Positions 21,244 through 30,587 of a DNA stretch of 64,000 nucleotides are shown piece by piece. How positions within the stretch are numbered: the stretch's first letter is position 1; every line of letters begins with the position of its first letter. This DNA is from an uncultured PS1 clade bacterium (GTDB lineage Bacteria > Pseudomonadota > Alphaproteobacteria > MED-G09): NCBI GenBank assembly GCA_902537725.1, contig CACBCD010000001.1:5482-69481 (forward strand), written 5' to 3'. Under the pieces are notes generated by a model. It was given only the letters and a program-made list of their open reading frames with translations. It did no database searches and was not told the DNA's origin. A program made the position numbers and the translations under genes.

Positions 21244-21266
21244 TTAAACTTTTCATAATAAATATT

Positions 21267-21295
21267 AACCCCGTTATTTTTAACGGGGTTTTTTT
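21267..21295 (+). terminator. Intrinsic terminator
   Basis: AACCCCGTTA-TTTT-TAACGGGGTT followed by a T-run. Confidence 0.88.
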
Positions 21296-21402
21296 ATAGA
21301 TAAATAATTTATTTATTTTAATTAACAGTTAAAGCAATTTAATTATAGTTACTTGATGTTAATAAAAAGCCAGTTATATTTTATTGGCTTTGGGGAGAAA
21401 TT

Positions 21403-22710
21403 ATGAGTGAAAAAATTAACTGGCCCAGTAAGAATTATGCTTGGTTTTTTACAACTCTTTTATTAATTACTTATACGGTTTCATTTATTGATAGGGCTAT
21501 GATTAACCTTCTCATTGATCCAATAAGAAGTGATTTAAGTCTTTCCGATATTCAAATGGGTCAAATTTTAGGACCTGGATTTATGATTAGCTATATCCTT
21601 TTCAGTCTTCCTATTGGAAGAATGGTTGATAAATTTAATAGAGTTTTTGTTTTAATTGGAGGTATTATTCTTTGGAGCATAGCTACTGCAGCACATGGAT
21701 TTTCCAGTGATTATTATAGTTTGTTTGTTTCTCGTGCCGGCGTGGGAGCTGGTGAGGCTGCCGTCACTCCAGCTTCATGGTCAATAATTGCCGATTTGTT
21801 TCGTCCTGAGGATAGAGCCTTTCCAATGAGTTTTTATCTTATGGGTCCCTACATTGGTCAAGGTTTGGCGCTTCTCTTTGGAGGATTTGTAATCCAACTT
21901 TATACTGATCCTGTATATTTTTTTGGATTTACTCTTCAACCCTGGCAAATGATTTTTATTCTTATCGCAATTCCAGGATTCATATTATCTTTAGGTCTTG
22001 CTTTTCTTTCAGATCCGGTAAGAAAGGGAATTATTAATAAAGAAAAACATCATGAGGAGTCCTTTGTTGACGTTATTGCATACATAAAAACTAAGTTTAA
22101 AGCTTATTTTACACTGATGATAGCCGCGTCATTTATTGTGGTTCTTCTTTATACATTTCAAGCATGGGTTCCAACATATATTTCCCGTATTCACGGTTGG
22201 GATTTATCTAGAGTTGGTTATCTTTTTGGAATTGTGACACTAATCTCTGGTTCTCTTGGAGTTTTATCAGGACCAGTTGTTGAGAAATTTTTAGAAAAAA
22301 GAAATATTAAAAATTCTACTCATTCTGTATTTCTTATTTCTTCCTCTGCAGTAGCAATTATTCCTGCTTTCACCTTCCTATTTGTTAATGAGCAGTTCGT
22401 TTTACCTGGAATGTTCGTTATAAGCTTTTTTATAACATTGCCTATGGCTTGTTTTGCTTCTGGTTTACAAAAAATGACTCCTCAAAATTATAGAGGTTCC
22501 ATTTCAGGCTTGTATGTTTTTATAATGAATATCGTTGGCTTAAGTCTTGGCCCAACAGTAGTACCATTTTTTACAAGCGTAATATTTGAAAATGATATGT
22601 CTATTAACATAGCTTTAAGTAATACATTTTTGATCTTCGGCCCACTTTCATTTTTAATTTTCTTTTTGGGAAGGAAGTCACTAAATCAGGAATTACGATC
22701 ACAGCACTAA
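21403..22710 (+). CDS. MFS transporter (spinster-like)
   Basis: SFIDR, GRMVDKFNR motif A and GAGEAA; multiple hydrophobic TM segments. Confidence 0.92.
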   Translation: MSEKINWPSKNYAWFFTTLLLITYTVSFIDRAMINLLIDPIRSDLSLSDIQMGQILGPGFMISYILFSLPIGRMVDKFNRVFVLIGGIILWSIATAAHGFSSDYYSLFVSRAGVGAGEAAVTPASWSIIADLFRPEDRAFPMSFYLMGPYIGQGLALLFGGFVIQLYTDPVYFFGFTLQPWQMIFILIAIPGFILSLGLAFLSDPVRKGIINKEKHHEESFVDVIAYIKTKFKAYFTLMIAASFIVVLLYTFQAWVPTYISRIHGWDLSRVGYLFGIVTLISGSLGVLSGPVVEKFLEKRNIKNSTHSVFLISSSAVAIIPAFTFLFVNEQFVLPGMFVISFFITLPMACFASGLQKMTPQNYRGSISGLYVFIMNIVGLSLGPTVVPFFTSVIFENDMSINIALSNTFLIFGPLSFLIFFLGRKSLNQELRSQH

Positions 22711-22715
22711 AGGAT

Positions 22716-22791
22716 TGGTGGAGCCAGACGGGATCGAACCGACGACCTTCTGGTTGCAAACCAGACGCTCTCCCAACTGAGCTATGGCCCC
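22716..22791 (-). tRNA. tRNA-Ala(TGC)
   Basis: GGGGCCATAGCTCAGTTGGGAGAGCGTCTGGTTTGCAACCAGAAGGTCGTCGGTTCGATCCCGTCTGGCTCCACCA; G3:U70 identity pair. Confidence 0.97.
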
Positions 22792-22802
22792 ACTGATAAA
22801 CT

Positions 22803-22831
22803 CTTATAGGGCAAGAGAGAAAATTCCTCAA
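22803..22831 (-). promoter_or_regulatory. Sigma70-like promoter of tRNA-Ala
   Basis: TTGAGG-N17-TATAAG ending 11 nt before the tRNA 5' end. Confidence 0.6.
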
Positions 22832-22851
22832 CAAAAATAATTATCCAGTAG

Positions 22852-23472
22852 TCAATCTTTTATATAGCCTGCAATTTTTTTAGTTGTTGGGCTTTTATTT
22901 ATTTCATTTGAAGATTTTAATGATTTAAAAAAATAATCAGCCATAAGATTAGTTATACCCCAGTTATAATTTTCATTATGAAAATGATGCTGCATATGAG
23001 CTTCTTTCAGACTTTTGCCAATTCTTGTTATTGGTTTGTATTGCGTCGAGTGATGAGCAAGATGTATCCACTCATAGAAGAGGTAGTACAATAAAGTTGA
23101 AAAAATTGGAACTAATGCAGTTTTAAAACTCAAACATAGTAAAGAGTAGAAAAGATAGGTCTGAATAAACAGAGTTATAATAGCTAAAGGTGGAGCAAAT
23201 TGTAAGTTAATATCCTCTGGTTTTGCATGATGTCCGTGATGTAATTTAATTTGGAATTCTCTAAACCAACTATCTTTTTTTGTCAGCTCCTTATGAAGAA
23301 TAAATTTATGAGCATACCACTCATAAAAAGGAGCAAATAAAATAACTAGGAGCATTAAAGGCCATTTACTCCAAAGACCGAGATAATTAATTAAAAGACC
23401 AGAGAGAAAAGCAAACAATAAAAGATATCTTATTGAGTTATGCGCAAAAAAATTTTTGAAAATTACTAACAA
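22852..23472 (-). CDS. Fatty acid hydroxylase / sterol desaturase family protein
   Basis: His boxes EWYAHKFILH, HHGHH, EWIHLAHH and HMQHH; TM segments. Confidence 0.88.
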   Translation of the reverse strand: MLVIFKNFFAHNSIRYLLLFAFLSGLLINYLGLWSKWPLMLLVILFAPFYEWYAHKFILHKELTKKDSWFREFQIKLHHGHHAKPEDINLQFAPPLAIITLFIQTYLFYSLLCLSFKTALVPIFSTLLYYLFYEWIHLAHHSTQYKPITRIGKSLKEAHMQHHFHNENYNWGITNLMADYFFKSLKSSNEINKSPTTKKIAGYIKD

Positions 23473-23481
23473 TTTTCTAAA

Positions 23482-24249
23482 CTAATCTCTTAAGAAAACA
23501 GGCGAATTTTCAGTAGACTCATCTTTAGCAAAGTAATAACCATCTACATTAAAATTTTTTAATTCGTTGTCTTTTACTTTATTTTTTAAAATCCATGCAG
23601 TCATCAAACCCCGAGCTTTTTTTGCATAAAAACTAATAATTTTGTATTTACCTTTTGAAAAATCTTTGAATACAGGTGAAATAACATTGGCTGTATTTTT
23701 AATATCCTTAACTGAGTCAAAATATTCATTAGAGGCTAAATTAATAATTGTATTTGATTTTAAAGATTTTAGATCTTTGATAATTTCATTGCAAATTTCC
23801 TGACCCCAAAATTCATAAAGATTTTTACCTTTATTAGTCTTTAATTTTGTACCCATTTCTAATCTATATGGCTCAATAATATCCAAAGGTCTAAGTAAAC
23901 CATATAGACCAGATAATAATCGAAGGTGATTTTGAGAATATTCAAGATCTTTCTTTCCAAAGCTGTCTATATCTAAGCCTTGATAGACATCTCCTTTAAA
24001 AACAAATATTGCTTGCTTAGAATTATTTGATTTCTCTTTTAATCCTTTCCAAGATTTGTATCTATCACTATTAAGAGTAGCCAACTTATCGCTTATATTC
24101 ATAAGATTAGAAATTTCTTCAGGTTTTTTTTCCTTTAGATTCTTGATAAGCTTTTTGGAATTGGATAATAAATTTGGGATAGTATGAGGTATATTTATTG
24201 AGGGTGTCTCATAGTCAAGTGTTTTGGCTGGTGAAAGTAAAATTATCAT
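23482..24249 (-). CDS. yaaA: Peroxide stress protein YaaA (UPF0246)
   Basis: LSPAKTLD, FKGDVY.GL, LSGLYGLLRPLD...YRLEMGT and ISFYAKKARG motifs. Confidence 0.95.
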   Translation of the reverse strand: MIILLSPAKTLDYETPSINIPHTIPNLLSNSKKLIKNLKEKKPEEISNLMNISDKLATLNSDRYKSWKGLKEKSNNSKQAIFVFKGDVYQGLDIDSFGKKDLEYSQNHLRLLSGLYGLLRPLDIIEPYRLEMGTKLKTNKGKNLYEFWGQEICNEIIKDLKSLKSNTIINLASNEYFDSVKDIKNTANVISPVFKDFSKGKYKIISFYAKKARGLMTAWILKNKVKDNELKNFNVDGYYFAKDESTENSPVFLRD

Positions 24250-24347
24250 AATTATTATTATCTCAATCTAATCATATTTATTCAATAAAATTCTTAATAT
24301 TTTAATTTATAGTTTTTTACAATTTTTTATAAAGTGAAAAATATATT

Positions 24348-24395
24348 CTACTAAATATAGAATTATAAAAGTTAAACAAATACTATATATTGTAT
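24348..24395. promoter_or_regulatory. Tandem NrdR-box-like palindromes
   Basis: ctaCTAAATATAGaat and ataCTATATATTGtat, cores 32 bp apart. Confidence 0.5.
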
Positions 24396-24562
24396 TTCCT
24401 ACATCTTTTATCATTAATAATTTGTTTTAAACGCTTATTTAATACATGTACTAAAAATTTTTTATTTTATTTTTTTTCTGAAAAGCTAATAAAGTCTTGT
24501 TTTTAGAATTAATTTGATATTAAATTAACATAACTAATTATTGTTTCCGGGGAGGATAACTT

Positions 24563-27019
24563 ATGAAAAAATTAATTTCAATTTTTACATTATTTTTATT
24601 TGTAATTATTTCTTTTTATTCCCAAAACGTCTCTGCTCAAAGCAGTCGTTTAGATATTGAAGAAATTGTCGTTACAGGTACAAAAAGAGATATTGGACAA
24701 CAAGATGCAGCTATTGCTGTTTCTGCTATTACTGAACAAGCTTTCAAAAATACCTTTGCTAATGAAGTTACAAATCTAGGTTCATTAGTTCCAAATCTTA
24801 CTTTAACAACTCAACCAGGTTTTAATGCCGTTGCTGGTGGTATTAGAGGAACTGGTAGTATTTCAATTTTAGTTACAGAAGATCCTTCCGTGGCTTTCTT
24901 AGTTGATGATTTTGGATTAAATCACGTACAGTCTCAATTTGTTGAAATGTTCGACATAGAACAAATTGAAGTTTATCGTGGTCCTCAAGGAACTCTATTT
25001 GGTAAAAACTCAACAGGTGGTGTTATTTCAGTTACAACTAAAAAACCTGTCCTTGACGAATATTTTGGTGAGTTTAGCGCTTTACAAGGTCAGTATGATT
25101 GGAATGAAGGAAGTATCAATAAATTTAAACTTGCTTTAAATGTACCAATTGTTGAAGGCAAACTTGCAATGAGAATTGCTGCAATATGGGATAAAGATCA
25201 AGGCTTTTATAGAAATTCTAAACCTGCAAGTGATTTCCCTGGACCAACTTTCTTTAATCCAACAGCAACTTGGCCTGATGATGGTACTTCTCTTGCAAAC
25301 AGAGGAGACGGCGGGGACTTAGGTGGTAAAGATGTATTAGCTGCTAAAATTAAATTTTTATATGAAGCCTCTCCAACATATTCTGCTCTTTTGACATTTG
25401 AGTTAAGTAAAGATGATTCTGGTACTCCAGCAGCAGTCAACGAAACAGAGTGTCCAAGCAGCATGCTATTCTGTCTTCTAGGTTTTAGCGGAATTCATAC
25501 TCCATCTCCTAATTGGGGTGGCGAAAAATGGACTAATGTATTTGAAACAGGTGAAAGCTTCCATTGTAATTCTGTTATATCAACCTGTAGAGGTCATAGA
25601 ATGGATAGTAAAGGTGTCTACTTAAATCAAACATTTGCTATTGGCGATAGCCTAACTTTAAAATCTATTACTGGTTATAGAAATCATAGAGAACTTAATG
25701 CTAGTACCTATACTGGTGAAGCATTTGCAAGTCTTTATGATGCCTCTAGGAATACAGATAGAGATCAAATGCAACAAGAATTTCGTTTAACTAGTGAGTA
25801 CGACGGACCGTTTAATTTTACTGCTGGTGTAAGTTATGCAGAAGATAATCTAAATTTTGCTGCATATGCTGCAGTTGGTCTTCAGTGGTTCTTAGGTGTT
25901 CCTGGATATATTCATACTGACTACTCTTCAACTGCTACTCATCAAAATAGAACCAGTAAAGCTTTCTATTTTGATTTTACTTATGAGTTAAATGAAGCTT
26001 GGCGAATTTCTGCAGGTGTTCGTGAAACTCAAGATGAGAAAACATTTGTTCGTGAAACCGGAACTAATGGCGTTAATGCCCTTGGAAGAGCTAATAATAA
26101 CATTAGTACAGGAGGTTTTACTCGTGATGACGATGTTCCTCAATTCCACACTGATTGGTTAAGTTGTGATTTAAGAGAAATTTGTGTCAATAACACAGAT
26201 GATTGGAGTGAAACAACCTATAGATTGGTTGTTGATTACACAATGAATGAAGATGTTATGTTCTATGCTTCATTGGCCACAGGTTTTATGGCTGGTGGTT
26301 ACACAGAGACTTGCTCAACTACTTATTCATGTGCATATCCTTATGATCCTGAAACAAATACTAATATTGAGTTAGGTATGAAAGGTGATTTCATGGATGG
26401 TCGTTTAAGATTAAACGTTTCAATCTTTAATACTGAGTTCGAGGATCTTCAGAGAAATCAGGTTCTTCCTTTACCAATACCTCCTTATCAAGAAACAATT
26501 AAAGTTAATGCTGGTAAATCAACTAACCAAGGTATTGAAATTGAATTAAATTATCTAGTTACAGATAATTTCCGTATCGATGCAAATATTGCTACTCAAG
26601 ATCATAAATATGATGTCTTCCTTTGGGATGAGACTCCTAATGACGGTATTGATAATCCTACTGACTTTAGTGGTTTCGAGCTACCATTCTCACCTGAACT
26701 GAGCTGGGGCTTATCACTTACTTATGATCAAGATTTGGGTGCAAATGGTTCTCTTACCTACAATGTACTAGGTAACTATCAGGACGAAGCACAAACTCAA
26801 CCAACTAATCCAATATATAGTCAATTAGAAGATAGAACTTTAGTTGATGCTAATATTACTTGGAGAAATGTTGATGATACCTATTATGTAACCGTTTATG
26901 GTAAAAATTTAACTGACGAAACTTACAGAGTTGGCTCTAATAGTGTAGCTGGTTTATGGAATTTTACTCTTTACGGTGAGCCTATGGAATACGGTATCGA
27001 AGCTGGATATCGTTGGTAA
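24563..27019 (+). CDS. TonB-dependent receptor
   Basis: Signal peptide, TonB box IEEIVVTG, plug motif IEVYRGPQGTLFGKN.TGG and C-terminal aromatic residue. Confidence 0.95.
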   Translation: MKKLISIFTLFLFVIISFYSQNVSAQSSRLDIEEIVVTGTKRDIGQQDAAIAVSAITEQAFKNTFANEVTNLGSLVPNLTLTTQPGFNAVAGGIRGTGSISILVTEDPSVAFLVDDFGLNHVQSQFVEMFDIEQIEVYRGPQGTLFGKNSTGGVISVTTKKPVLDEYFGEFSALQGQYDWNEGSINKFKLALNVPIVEGKLAMRIAAIWDKDQGFYRNSKPASDFPGPTFFNPTATWPDDGTSLANRGDGGDLGGKDVLAAKIKFLYEASPTYSALLTFELSKDDSGTPAAVNETECPSSMLFCLLGFSGIHTPSPNWGGEKWTNVFETGESFHCNSVISTCRGHRMDSKGVYLNQTFAIGDSLTLKSITGYRNHRELNASTYTGEAFASLYDASRNTDRDQMQQEFRLTSEYDGPFNFTAGVSYAEDNLNFAAYAAVGLQWFLGVPGYIHTDYSSTATHQNRTSKAFYFDFTYELNEAWRISAGVRETQDEKTFVRETGTNGVNALGRANNNISTGGFTRDDDVPQFHTDWLSCDLREICVNNTDDWSETTYRLVVDYTMNEDVMFYASLATGFMAGGYTETCSTTYSCAYPYDPETNTNIELGMKGDFMDGRLRLNVSIFNTEFEDLQRNQVLPLPIPPYQETIKVNAGKSTNQGIEIELNYLVTDNFRIDANIATQDHKYDVFLWDETPNDGIDNPTDFSGFELPFSPELSWGLSLTYDQDLGANGSLTYNVLGNYQDEAQTQPTNPIYSQLEDRTLVDANITWRNVDDTYYVTVYGKNLTDETYRVGSNSVAGLWNFTLYGEPMEYGIEAGYRW

Positions 27020-27046
27020 AAAATTAGTTCTTACTAATAAACTATT

Positions 27047-27074
27047 AAAACCCCGTTTTTAACGGGGTTTTTTT
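27047..27074 (+). terminator. Intrinsic terminator (possibly bidirectional)
   Basis: AAAACCCCGTT-TTT-AACGGGGTTTT followed by further T's. Confidence 0.88.
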
Positions 27075-27163
27075 ATGAGTTTTTATAATATTAATTTTTT
27101 TATTATCATTTAAAAAGGAATCTTTTTTATATAAGATAATTTTTTATTTATTAGGGGATAAAG

Positions 27164-28336
27164 ATGAATCGTAAAGAAGAGTATAATAAGATAGCTGAAA
27201 AAATTGTGGGCCATGTAAAGAATGGTACTACTGATCAAGCTAAGGGTGTTATCTCTATTCCAACATCGGATTACACATGTAAAGAGCGCTGGGATTTAGA
27301 AATAAAAAATATTTTCCAGACTTTACCTTTAATGGCGGCGATGACAATTGAGATACCGAATCCAGGTGATTACAAATCTCTTGAAATTACTGGAGTTCCA
27401 ATACTGGTAACTAGGGGTAAGGATGGTAAAGTTAATGCCTTTAGAAATGTTTGTACTCATAGAGGAGCAATAATTACTGAACCTGGAATAGGCAATAAAA
27501 GTAGATTTTCATGCCCATATCATGGTTGGACATATTCAAATAATGGAGATTTGATAGGGGTAACCGATAAAGAAAAGTTTGGTGATTTTGATCCAAGCTG
27601 TCATGGATTATCAAAATTACCTTGTAAAGAGTTAGGTGGAATGATTTTTGTTTCTTTATCTAAAAATGAAAAAATAAATTTCGAAGATTTTTTAAATGGA
27701 ATGCTTCCCGAAATAGAACATTTTAAGCTTGAGAATTGGTACTATCATGGTTTTAAAGTTATTGAAGGGGCAAATTGGAAAATTGCCTTTGATGGTTATT
27801 TAGAGGGATATCATTTTACTACTGCTCATAAAGATACGATAGCCAATATGACGATGAATGATATAATGGACTTTACAGCTTTTGGACCCCATTTAAGAAT
27901 TGCATTTGCTTCGACTAATATTGAAGAAATTTTTGAATTACCCAAAGAAGAGTGGTGGAAAAAAGAAGGTAGTGGTGTAGATTTCGTAAGAACAATCTTT
28001 CCTAATATTGCAATTTCTTTAGGCCTTGGTATTGGTCAAATAGCTCAGATTCTTCCTGGTAAAACACCTAATGATAATATAACAGTTCTTCATTATATTG
28101 CACCTCAGCCTCCAAAAAATGACGAAGAGATAGCTGAGCTTGATCAGAATATGGAATTTTTGAGAAATGTTGTTAATGATGAAGACTATTTGCTTGGTAT
28201 AGAAATTCAAAAAGGTCTTAATTCTCATTCAAATGATTCTGTATTATTTGGTCGAAATGAAAAAGGTAATCAATTTTTTCACAAGTATGTTGATTACTAT
28301 ATTTACGATAATATCAAAGAGCCACCTAAATTATAA
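27164..28336 (+). CDS. Rieske non-heme iron oxygenase alpha subunit
   Basis: CTHRG...CPYHGW; EGYHFTTAH; EDY. Confidence 0.93.
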   Translation: MNRKEEYNKIAEKIVGHVKNGTTDQAKGVISIPTSDYTCKERWDLEIKNIFQTLPLMAAMTIEIPNPGDYKSLEITGVPILVTRGKDGKVNAFRNVCTHRGAIITEPGIGNKSRFSCPYHGWTYSNNGDLIGVTDKEKFGDFDPSCHGLSKLPCKELGGMIFVSLSKNEKINFEDFLNGMLPEIEHFKLENWYYHGFKVIEGANWKIAFDGYLEGYHFTTAHKDTIANMTMNDIMDFTAFGPHLRIAFASTNIEEIFELPKEEWWKKEGSGVDFVRTIFPNIAISLGLGIGQIAQILPGKTPNDNITVLHYIAPQPPKNDEEIAELDQNMEFLRNVVNDEDYLLGIEIQKGLNSHSNDSVLFGRNEKGNQFFHKYVDYYIYDNIKEPPKL

Positions 28337-28356
28337 ATAAATTCTTAGGAGATTTC

Positions 28357-28812
28357 ATGAGTAAAGCTGAAAATAACAGAAAAATAATTGAAACATATTA
28401 TAAATCAATTGCTAGCGGTGATTTTGAAACTGTTATTTCCCTCATGCATGAGGATGTAGTTTTCAATATAGTTGGGGAGACTCCTTATGCTGGTAAGTGG
28501 GAAGGAAGAGATAATGTTTATGGTATTTTAGTTCCTGCAGTAGTTTCAAATTTTAAAGAGGGTAGTTTACAATTTGCTGAAAATTGGAATGTCATGTGTG
28601 TTGACGAAAATCGAGCTACAGGTCTTATGAGCGCAAAAGCAGAGACGTATGATGGTAAAAAACTAGATATGACTTATTGTCATATTTTAAAATTCAATGA
28701 GACTCAAATTATTGAGGTACATGAATTTTTTGATACGGCCCAAGGCGAGAGATTATTTGACAATGATAAATTGAGTGGACATTCTGGTAAGCTAGGGACT
28801 ATGAATTTTTAA
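28357..28812 (+). CDS. NTF2-like / SnoaL-like protein
   Basis: Pattern HEDVVF.I.G.TPYAG.WEG, YCHILKF and EFFDT. Confidence 0.85.
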   Translation: MSKAENNRKIIETYYKSIASGDFETVISLMHEDVVFNIVGETPYAGKWEGRDNVYGILVPAVVSNFKEGSLQFAENWNVMCVDENRATGLMSAKAETYDGKKLDMTYCHILKFNETQIIEVHEFFDTAQGERLFDNDKLSGHSGKLGTMNF

Positions 28813-28941
28813 TTTACTTTAAAATTATTTATAAAAATTAATTTGTATTTATAAAACTAGATAAATATGATGTCGAAAATCAGATAAGGGGATTTATAAA
28901 AACTATCTATTAAGTATTTTATAATTAGATCTATTTAATAA

Positions 28942-29754
28942 ATGTCTACTCATAAAAATAAACCAATAACTATTTCAACACTGCGTAAGTTAAAAAAAAC
29001 TTCTGAAAAATTTAGTTGTTTAACTGCTTATGAAGCTACTATAGCTCAAAAGATAAGCGAGGCTGGAGTAGAAGTTATTCTTGTTGGCGATAGCCTTGGA
29101 ATGGTTATTCAAGGCCATGATAGCACCTTGCCAGTAACTATGGACCAGCTAATTTATCATCTTGAATGTGTTGCAAGGGGTAATGTTAACTCTCATATAA
29201 TGGCTGATATGCCATTTATGAGTTATTCGACAGATGAGTTAGCTTTGGAAAATGCTACAAAATTAATGCAAAATGGAGCTCATTCAGTAAAAATTGAAGG
29301 TGGTTCATGGATATGTAAAATGACAAGTACTTTAGCTGAGCGGGGTATACCAGTATGTGCTCATATGGGTTTAACACCACAATCAATAAACAGAATTGGC
29401 GGATACTTTGTTCAAGGAAGAGATACAAAGAAAAGACAAAAACTCATAGAGGAAGCTCAGTCATTAGAAAATGCGGGTGCTGAAATGTTACTTCTCGAAT
29501 GTGTGCCTAATGATTTATCAAAAGAAATTACAAGTTTACTTAAAATACCAGTTATTGGTATTGGTGCTGGCCCAGAAACTGATGGTCAAATTATGGTCAT
29601 ACATGATTTATTAGGAATTTCATGTTTAGAAAAGCCACCAAAATTTGTAAAAGATTTTTTAAAGGGCTCATCATCTGTTGAATCAGCTTTGAAAAAATAT
29701 GTTAAAAGTGTGAAAACAAAAAAGTTTCCCTCAAGAGCTCATACTTTTTATTAA
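28942..29754 (+). CDS. panB: 3-methyl-2-oxobutanoate hydroxymethyltransferase
   Basis: [27 protein letters not shown] and IGIGAG motifs. Confidence 0.97.
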   Translation: [270 protein letters not shown]

Positions 29755-29755
29755 A

Positions 29756-30568
29756 ATGGAAATTATTACCAACGAAAAACAAGCAAAAGAAGTTTTGAAA
29801 GATTTCAATGAAACCGCACTTGTTCCTACAATGGGTAATTTGCATGATGGTCATTTAAGCCTTTTAAGTAAGGCAAAGGAAGTTGGAGAAATTGTTTTAG
29901 CCTCAATATATATCAACCCACTTCAGTTTGGTGTAAATGAAGATTTTGATAATTATCCAAGAACTCTTGATGATGATTTGCTTAAGCTTGAAAAGACTGG
30001 ATGTGATTTTGTTTTCTGCCCTTCGGAAGATATTTTAAAAAATATAAAAAATTATCAAGCACCGGATATAAGTAAAAAACTTTGTGGAAAAAGCAGGCCC
30101 ACCCATTTTGATGGTGTTGTTACAATTGTTAGAAAATTATTTGAAGTCTTGAATCCAGATTATGCAATCTTTGGATTAAAGGATTATCAACAATTTTTGA
30201 TTATTAAAAAATTTTTTAATGAAATGAATTTTCATACAAAAATTATTGGAAGTCCTATTGTTAGAGAGAGTGATGGTTTGGCTATGTCTTCAAGAAATAA
30301 TTTATTAACTAGTGAGAATAGAAAAATTGCTCCAAAAATTTATAAGCAACTAGCTTGGATTAGGGATAATATAGAAAATCAAAGTCATAGTGACTTAATT
30401 TTGAATTCTATTGAAACTTTTAAAGAGAATAATATTCATCCAGAATATTTATCTATACTTAACCCAGACACATTAGAAGATGCAAAAGATGATGATCTTT
30501 CAGTATTAATTGCTATTGCAGTAAAATTAGGTAATGTCAGGTTGATTGATAATATATTGATTAATTAA
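29756..30568 (+). CDS. panC: Pantoate-beta-alanine ligase
   Basis: VPTMGNLHDGH, NPLQF, FGLKDYQQ, DGLAMSSRN and RLIDN motifs. Confidence 0.97.
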   Translation: MEIITNEKQAKEVLKDFNETALVPTMGNLHDGHLSLLSKAKEVGEIVLASIYINPLQFGVNEDFDNYPRTLDDDLLKLEKTGCDFVFCPSEDILKNIKNYQAPDISKKLCGKSRPTHFDGVVTIVRKLFEVLNPDYAIFGLKDYQQFLIIKKFFNEMNFHTKIIGSPIVRESDGLAMSSRNNLLTSENRKIAPKIYKQLAWIRDNIENQSHSDLILNSIETFKENNIHPEYLSILNPDTLEDAKDDDLSVLIAIAVKLGNVRLIDNILIN

Positions 30569-30587
30569 AAAAATTTTTGAGGTTAAA

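Noticed and set aside
9646-22791. tRNA-anchored integrative element or prophage
   Set aside because: No integrase, transposase or phage gene, and no duplicated tRNA 3' end found by eye
22604-22834. 76-aa minus-strand ORF
   Set aside because: It reads through tRNA-Ala and antisense to the MFS gene
24509-24523. CtrA-box-like TTAA-N7-TTAA upstream of the TonB receptor
   Set aside because: Expected by chance in such AT-rich DNA; no supporting context
28820-28930. Repeated ATTTATAAAA upstream of panB
   Set aside because: Pure A/T motif with irregular spacing; indistinguishable from background
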